The notes below the pieces were generated by a model. It was given only the letters and a program-made list of their open reading frames with translations. It did no database searches and was not told the DNA's origin. A stretch of DNA of 13,362 bases from an uncultured bacterium. GTDB lineage: Bacteria; T1Sed10-126. Below, in pieces: positions 8,767-13,362 of the stretch (positions are counted from its first letter, which is position 1; the number at the start of each line of letters is the position of its first letter). The stretch covers positions 1 through 13,362 of the forward strand of contig CAZMIT010000042.1 of the NCBI GenBank assembly GCA_964566495.1. Reading direction: 5' to 3'. The position numbers and the translations under genes are program-made.

Positions 8767-9997
8767 AGCGAAGCACCTCGGCCGGGTCAATTTTTGCCGC
8801 CGCCCAGGCCGGGTAAAATGAACTTAAAAAGCCCAGTATTAAAGTTACCGCGCCTATCGCTACCAGGTGGAATGTCTCCACCTGGACCGGTAGATGAGCC
8901 ATTGGATAAACCGGCGGGAGCTCGATAACAAAGACGTTATCCAGCAGCCAGCATCCACTCAGCCCAAACCCGAACCCTGCTGCCAGCCCGATCACTGTTA
9001 TCAACATCCCGGCCGCCAGAAAAAGACTCAGCACCGTCCCCGGCGAGGCTCCCATCGACATCATCATCGCTATCTGCCGCCGGCGCTGGAGAATCGAAAG
9101 GACAAGCATACTGAGTATATTTATTGCCGCCACTATCACTATCAGGGCCAGGACGATGAAGGTGACCGTCCGCTCCAGCCGCAACGCCTCAAACAGCGCC
9201 GGGTTAGCTTCCATCCAGGTTACCATGTTGTAGTTGTCGGCCAGTTTATCACGTAGTTCTTGCTTAACGTCGTCGGCTCGAAACCGGTCCTCAATCCACA
9301 ACTCAGCGTGCGAGACTCTCCCCTCCGCCAGGTCAAACAACTGCCGCGCTTCCTCGATCGATACCAGACCCAACGCCGCGTCCACGTCCTGGAAACCGGT
9401 CCGCAGATCTCCCGCCACCTGCAGCGTCTCCGCCGCCGGCAACAGACCGAAGGGCGTCCGCTGTGCGTCCGGTCGAATTACTGTTAACTCCTCTCCCCTC
9501 TGCACAAATAATTCTCGCGCCAGCTCCCGGCCCAGATATATTCCGCTTTCGGACGGTTTCTCCACGGGCAGCCGTCCCTCCCGCCAGCTTGTGTAGGCAA
9601 TTATACGACCGCCGGAGTAATTTGCACGCCCCGACTGGAAAAGTACGTCCCCTTCGACCACCCCCACTATCTCTTCAATTTCTTCCCCCTCTAATTTTTC
9701 CTCCAGCTCCTCCAGCTCTATCTCACCCGGGTGTAAGGAATATACCCTTATCGGACTGTAAACTCCGACAAGCTGCTCCTGGAGCGTCGTTGAGAAACCA
9801 TTCATCACAGAGAGTACAATTATTAACGTAGCCACTCCTATGCTGATACTCAGGAAGGCAAAAATAGTCAGGTAGGGAAGAACACCGACACTCTGGGAAC
9901 GAAAGAGAAACCGCCAGACCATCCGCAATAAAAACCAGGCTCGCTCGCCAACTGTCGAGGAGTCGCCTCTCCCCCGCCCCATACTTTCTTCAGTCAT
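8759..9997 (-). CDS. Lipoprotein-releasing ABC transporter permease, LolC/E family
   Basis: SIGVATLIIVLSVMNGF, a large periplasmic domain, N..LF.AL.LER, IIVAAINI, MGA and C-terminal YPAWAAAKIDPAEVLRY are typical of LolC/E. Confidence 0.9.
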   Translation of the reverse strand: MTEESMGRGRGDSSTVGERAWFLLRMVWRFLFRSQSVGVLPYLTIFAFLSISIGVATLIIVLSVMNGFSTTLQEQLVGVYSPIRVYSLHPGEIELEELEEKLEGEEIEEIVGVVEGDVLFQSGRANYSGGRIIAYTSWREGRLPVEKPSESGIYLGRELARELFVQRGEELTVIRPDAQRTPFGLLPAAETLQVAGDLRTGFQDVDAALGLVSIEEARQLFDLAEGRVSHAELWIEDRFRADDVKQELRDKLADNYNMVTWMEANPALFEALRLERTVTFIVLALIVIVAAINILSMLVLSILQRRRQIAMMMSMGASPGTVLSLFLAAGMLITVIGLAAGFGFGLSGCWLLDNVFVIELPPVYPMAHLPVQVETFHLVAIGAVTLILGFLSSFYPAWAAAKIDPAEVLRYG

Positions 9998-11468
9998 GCC
10001 GACGCGGCTGCAACAACGGAAATAATATTACGTCTCGAATACTGGGTGAATCGGTCAGCAACATTACCAGCCGGTCAATTCCAAGACCCAGCCCCCCCGC
10101 CGGCGGCATCCCGTATTCGAGCGCCTCTAAAAAATCATCGTCGATCTCTTCCTCAGAATCGGCCTGTTTCTCAAAATTACGCCTCTGCTTCAGAGGATCG
10201 TTCAACTCCGAATAGGCGTTGCCCACCTCAAGTCCGCCGGCAAACAGCTCAAACCGTTCCGCCAGTCGCTCGTCCTCCCGGTGTTCTTTGGCCAGCGGTG
10301 AGACATCGGCTGGAAAATCAATTACAAACGTTGGCTGGGTTAGTTTTGCTTCTACCGCTTCTTCAAATAATTCCAGCAGCTGCCCGCCCGCGGTTGACTT
10401 CTCATCCAACTCATAGCCGGCCTCCCCGGCCAGCTCTCGCGTCTCTTCCGGCGGCTTCTCCACGGGTATCTCCAGCCCCGTTTCAGCTTTAATAGCCTCC
10501 TGCAGACTTAACCGCCTCCAGGGCGGTGACCAGTCTATTTCCTCCCCTTTGAAATTAGTTTTATAACTGCCGGCCACCTCTTTCACTGCCGCGGCCACCA
10601 GCTCCTCGGTCAACTCCATTATCTTCTCGTAGTCGGCATAAGACCAGTAGAGTTCAAGCATCGTAAACTCCGGGTTGTGCCGCGTTGATATACCTTCGTT
10701 ACGAAAATTACGATTGATTTCAAACAACCGCTCAAAACCGCCGACCAGCAGCCGCTTTAAAAACAACTCCGGCGCTATGCGCAGGTAAAGGTCCAGGTCA
10801 AGCGCCTTGTGATGGGTTTCAAAAGGCTCCGCCTCGGCTCCGCCGGCCAGCGTCTGCATCATTGGCGTCTCAACCTCCAGGAAATCCCGCTCCTCGAGTT
10901 TCCGCCGCAGGGCTGAAATAAACTGGCTCCGCTGCTTGAAATTCTCCCGCACTTCGCGGTTGTCCAGCAGGTCAAGATAGCGCTTCCGATAGCGCAGTTC
11001 CTTGTCCTTCAGCCCGTGAAATTTCTCGGGCAGCGGCCGCAATCCTTTCGACAGCAGAGTAAGCTCACGGACAACTATCGATATCTCTCCTTCGTTGGTT
11101 GCGAATAGTTCCCCGCGCACACCACCGTGGTCGCCTAAATCCCATAACTCCGTAAATTCCTCAAAATGCTCCTCCTGCTCCAGGTAATTTGGCGACAGGT
11201 AAATCTGTATCTCTCCCGAACCATCCACCAGGTCACCAAAAGCCGCCTTGCCGTGCAGACGACGGCCGCGCAGACGACCTGCAACTTTTACCTCGGCGCC
11301 CAGCTCTTCATCCGACTCTGGATCAAACAGTTCAATCGCTTCCTGACAGCTTTGAATTCGCTCAAACTTGTGCGGATAAACCTCCCGTCCCCGCTGGCGT
11401 AACTTCTCCAGCTTCTGCTTCCTAACTGAAAAATGCTCTCCTTCTGGAACTTCACTTTCTTGACTCAT
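9990..11468 (-). CDS. lysS: Lysine--tRNA ligase, class II
   Basis: OB-fold N-domain, LPEKFHGL, RYRKRYLDL, FLEVETPM, LRIAPELFLKRL, FRNEGI..RHNPEFTMLE, ALEYGMPP..G.GLGIDRL, SIRDVILFP. Confidence 0.98.
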   Translation of the reverse strand: MSQESEVPEGEHFSVRKQKLEKLRQRGREVYPHKFERIQSCQEAIELFDPESDEELGAEVKVAGRLRGRRLHGKAAFGDLVDGSGEIQIYLSPNYLEQEEHFEEFTELWDLGDHGGVRGELFATNEGEISIVVRELTLLSKGLRPLPEKFHGLKDKELRYRKRYLDLLDNREVRENFKQRSQFISALRRKLEERDFLEVETPMMQTLAGGAEAEPFETHHKALDLDLYLRIAPELFLKRLLVGGFERLFEINRNFRNEGISTRHNPEFTMLELYWSYADYEKIMELTEELVAAAVKEVAGSYKTNFKGEEIDWSPPWRRLSLQEAIKAETGLEIPVEKPPEETRELAGEAGYELDEKSTAGGQLLELFEEAVEAKLTQPTFVIDFPADVSPLAKEHREDERLAERFELFAGGLEVGNAYSELNDPLKQRRNFEKQADSEEEIDDDFLEALEYGMPPAGGLGLGIDRLVMLLTDSPSIRDVILFPLLQPRRHD

Positions 11469-11542
11469 CAGCTAATACTTCCTTCCTCTCTGCTTCTATT
11501 TTTGCTTTTCCTCACTCAAAAAACACTTCGCCATTTATGCGA

Positions 11543-11788
11543 AATCAGTAATCGGTAATCAGTACTCGGTATTCACACCTTCACCGCTTACCGGTCTTTC
11601 GCCTCTTCGCCTTCGCGTTCCCCGCTCTTGAACTTGACGTCATTCCGGCCTCCGAGCCGGAATCCAGTGACTTTGACCTTGATTTTCGGTCTTTCGCCTC
11701 TTCGCCTCTTCCCAAGCTCGCCTCTTCGATGTTTACGCCCTGCGCCCTGCGCCCTGCGCTCCGCGAACCTCCCCCACTCTCCCACACT
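11543..11788. repeat. Mosaic short-tandem-repeat block 1
   Basis: 7-mer AATCRGT x4 (11543-11570); 8-mer TTCRCC-type (11571-11625); 6-mer CTTGAM; REP-like hairpin (11639-11667); 6-mer YTTGAY; 8-mer CTTCGCCT (11691-11728); 7-mer CGCCCTG x4 (11736-11763); 8-mer C-rich CTCCCMCA (11769-11788). Confidence 0.85.
11639..11671. repeat. REP-like palindromic element GTCATTCCGGC-N6-GCCGGAATCCAG
   Basis: Perfect 8-bp stem ATTCCGGC/GCCGGAAT (11642-11663) with outer GTCA...TGAC; similar in form to Neisseria dRS3 (ATTCCC-N8-GGGAAT) and related GTCATTCC..GGAATCC repeats. Confidence 0.7.
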
Positions 11789-11799
11789 TATTCTCTCGA

Positions 11800-11829
11800 A
11801 GTGTAGTAATTTTATTAAAAATTCCTCAA
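11800..11829 (-). promoter_or_regulatory. Possible sigma70 promoter for the lysS operon
   Basis: Minus strand TTGAGG-N18-TACACT in the only non-repetitive AT-rich stretch of the spacer; weak match. Confidence 0.3.
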
Positions 11830-11910
11830 AATAACCACCGGAACGTTTTTCCCCGCACTCACTTACACAGTTTCTCCTCACCCGGTTTTATACATAACAG
11901 TGACGCAAAA

Positions 11911-12278
11911 GTTTGTTAGTTGACTGGTTGGCTAGTAAGCTGGTTGGCTAGTTTTTTAGTCTGCTGGTGGAGTGGTTGAGATTTTTTCGTTTTTGATTTT
12001 GAACTTGATTTTCGCTGTTTCACCGTTTCGCCCTTTCGCTCTTCGCCCCGCGCACTGCGCCAAGCGCCCGGCGCCCTGCTCCCAGCGCTCCGCTCCCTGC
12101 TATCTCATCCCGTCTATCCCGTAAATCCTGTCCAATTGCCCTTGATGTTGATCTTGATTTATCTGCGCCCATCTGCGTTAATCCGCGTCCCCCTAAACTT
12201 TGACCTTGATCTACGCTCTTGACCTTGACCTTGATTTAATGAATTTACGCCCCCTCGCCCCACCTCCCCAACGCCCCA
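11911..12278. repeat. Mosaic short-tandem-repeat block 2
   Basis: 8-mer GTnnnnTR x9 (11911-11982); 6-mer TTTTGA (about 11989-12009); 8-mer TTTCRCYS x4 (12010-12041); 7-mer CGCCCTG-like x8 (12044-12099); 9-mer ATCCYGTnn x3 (12107-12133); 6-mer STTGAT x3 (12141-12158); 10-mer ATCYGCGnnn x3 (12161-12190); 6-mer CTTGAY (12199-12235); 8-mer nCGCCCCA x4 (12247-12278). Confidence 0.88.
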
Positions 12279-12305
12279 TCGCAGGTCTTACGCCTGCTCG
12301 AGAAC

Positions 12306-13362
12306 TTAGAACCACCCACCCATGCCCATCATCAAGGCGTCCTGCTGCTGGTACAACCGCGCCATCATCGACTCCATTTGAATAAACTTTCTTTCCAGTT
12401 GCCCCTGTCTTGATTGAACCCGACGGGTCTGACGCTCTATCCGGTCCTGCAGGCTGCTAATTCGCTGATCAAACCCGTCTATCCTGTTGCCAATAATACC
12501 ATCGTGTCTGTCCGTCATTCCGTCCAAATAATTTTCAAGCGTTGTTGCCAGCCCGTCTTCGGGATCGTCAGCGTCAGTCGAGGCCTGGAAGAAATCACGC
12601 ACTGCCTCCGGATCTTCTTCAAGTCGCGCCCGCAGTTCACTGGCGTTAAACTCCAATTTCCCCTGGTCCGACTGGCTGGCCTGACGCGGATTCACCTGCT
12701 CTATACCGAGCTGACTGGCGGAATTAATCGAATCTCCACCCGCTTCCGTAAACCGCCCGGTCACCATCATCCCCATCCGCACCCGTAGGTCACGCGGTAA
12801 CGATTGGGCCACAAACACACCGGAGTCAATATCGTCGGCGTCTGCTCCCGGTTCGCTGGGCACATCTACCTCACTACGCTGATTTATAAACTCAATTACG
12901 CTGTTGAACTGGTTAACAAAGCTGCTAACCTCATCGACTACCGCGTCCACGTCGTCATAAATTTCTATTTCTATCGGCTCACCCTCGTGCTCTGATTGCT
13001 GGTAAAGCTCGTGTAGTTCTAACTCCAACCCGTTGAAAGTTACGATATTATTGTCGGAACTAACCGGATCACCGTCGATCAACACCTCGGCGTCCTCGCC
13101 CGCCTCAAAGCTTCCGGACGATTGATAAGAGCTCTCATCCCCAGGTTCACGCAGGTTCAAAACATTCGCCAGATTCCCACTCAGGTCCTGGACTTCTATA
13201 TCTCCCGCCCCGGGGTCAGAACTTTCCAGCGTTACCCGGTCGGTCGCCTCGTTATAACTAACATTTACTCCTGCCACCTCGGAGTCTAACCGTGCTATCA
13301 CATCGTTCAGGCTATCTTCTTCAGCATCCCATTCAACTTCCGTGTTGTTTATCCGTATTGTA
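12306..13362 (-). CDS. fliD: Flagellar filament cap protein FliD (HAP2), 5' part outside the window
   Basis: The frame stays open to the window edge (TIRINNTEVEWDAEEDSLNDVIARLDS...). FliD C-terminal pattern: AGEDAEVLIDG..VSSDNN...GLEL.L, FVNQFNSVI, LGI, GKLEFN..L...L..DPEAV..FF, and a coiled-coil end LERKFIQMESMMARL. Confidence 0.93.
   Translation of the reverse strand, partial: TIRINNTEVEWDAEEDSLNDVIARLDSEVAGVNVSYNEATDRVTLESSDPGAGDIEVQDLSGNLANVLNLREPGDESSYQSSGSFEAGEDAEVLIDGDPVSSDNNIVTFNGLELELHELYQQSEHEGEPIEIEIYDDVDAVVDEVSSFVNQFNSVIEFINQRSEVDVPSEPGADADDIDSGVFVAQSLPRDLRVRMGMMVTGRFTEAGGDSINSASQLGIEQVNPRQASQSDQGKLEFNASELRARLEEDPEAVRDFFQASTDADDPEDGLATTLENYLDGMTDRHDGIIGNRIDGFDQRISSLQDRIERQTRRVQSRQGQLERKFIQMESMMARLYQQQDALMMGMGGWF

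Noticed and set aside
11469..11800. T-box or lysine riboswitch upstream of lysS
   Set aside because: I could not find a T-box UGGNACC antiterminator with terminator, or the L-box consensus; the region is explained by repeats.
11808..11823. CodY box
   Set aside because: AATTTT-N4-AAAATT is one base longer than AATTTTCWGAAAATT and lacks its core; the context is AT-rich.
11581..11881. Small ORFs 11581-11787, 11588-11881 and 11628-11834
   Set aside because: They are read-throughs of repeat DNA whose periods are mostly not multiples of 3; Arg/Lys/Gly- or Pro/Ser-rich, unlike the acidic real proteins; no recognisable domain.
11543..12278. CRISPR array
   Set aside because: There is no constant 23-47 bp repeat with unique spacers and no cas genes; units are 6-10 nt tandem repeats.
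12281..12297. Intrinsic terminator of fliD
   Set aside because: The 5-bp stem has no downstream U-tract on the minus strand, so it is not called as a terminator.
359..12995. All plus-strand ORFs and the alternate-frame minus ORFs in the track (e.g. 475-792, 3092-3652, 10046-10492, 12414-12788)
   Set aside because: They are shadows overlapping well-supported minus-strand genes and have no motifs.

Overview
Bacterial chromosomal window in which every credible gene is on the minus strand. In transcription order these are: the 3' part of fliD; an 837-bp repeat-filled intergenic region; lysS, lolC/E, lolD and ilvE; a 468-bp hairpin-rich intergenic region; mcsA, mcsB and clpC; a membrane NERD-like gene; a surA-like gene; and pdxA, which runs off the window. 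Lol and SurA point to a diderm, flagellated organism, and the very acidic, Lys-poor proteins suggest a halophile or haloalkaliphile (inference). The most unusual feature is the fliD-lysS spacer. It holds two blocks built from about 17 abutting short tandem-repeat modules with periods of 6, 7, 8, 9 and 10 nt, plus a nested REP-like hairpin, exact shared junctions between the blocks and a 4-tier G-quadruplex motif. Other points of note: there is no ctsR beside mcsAB-clpC but there is a candidate internal clpC promoter with a palindromic operator, and the two genes after clpC look like pseudo-enzymes (NERD-like nuclease and parvulin lacking catalytic residues). No database searches were run; family calls rest on motif recognition.
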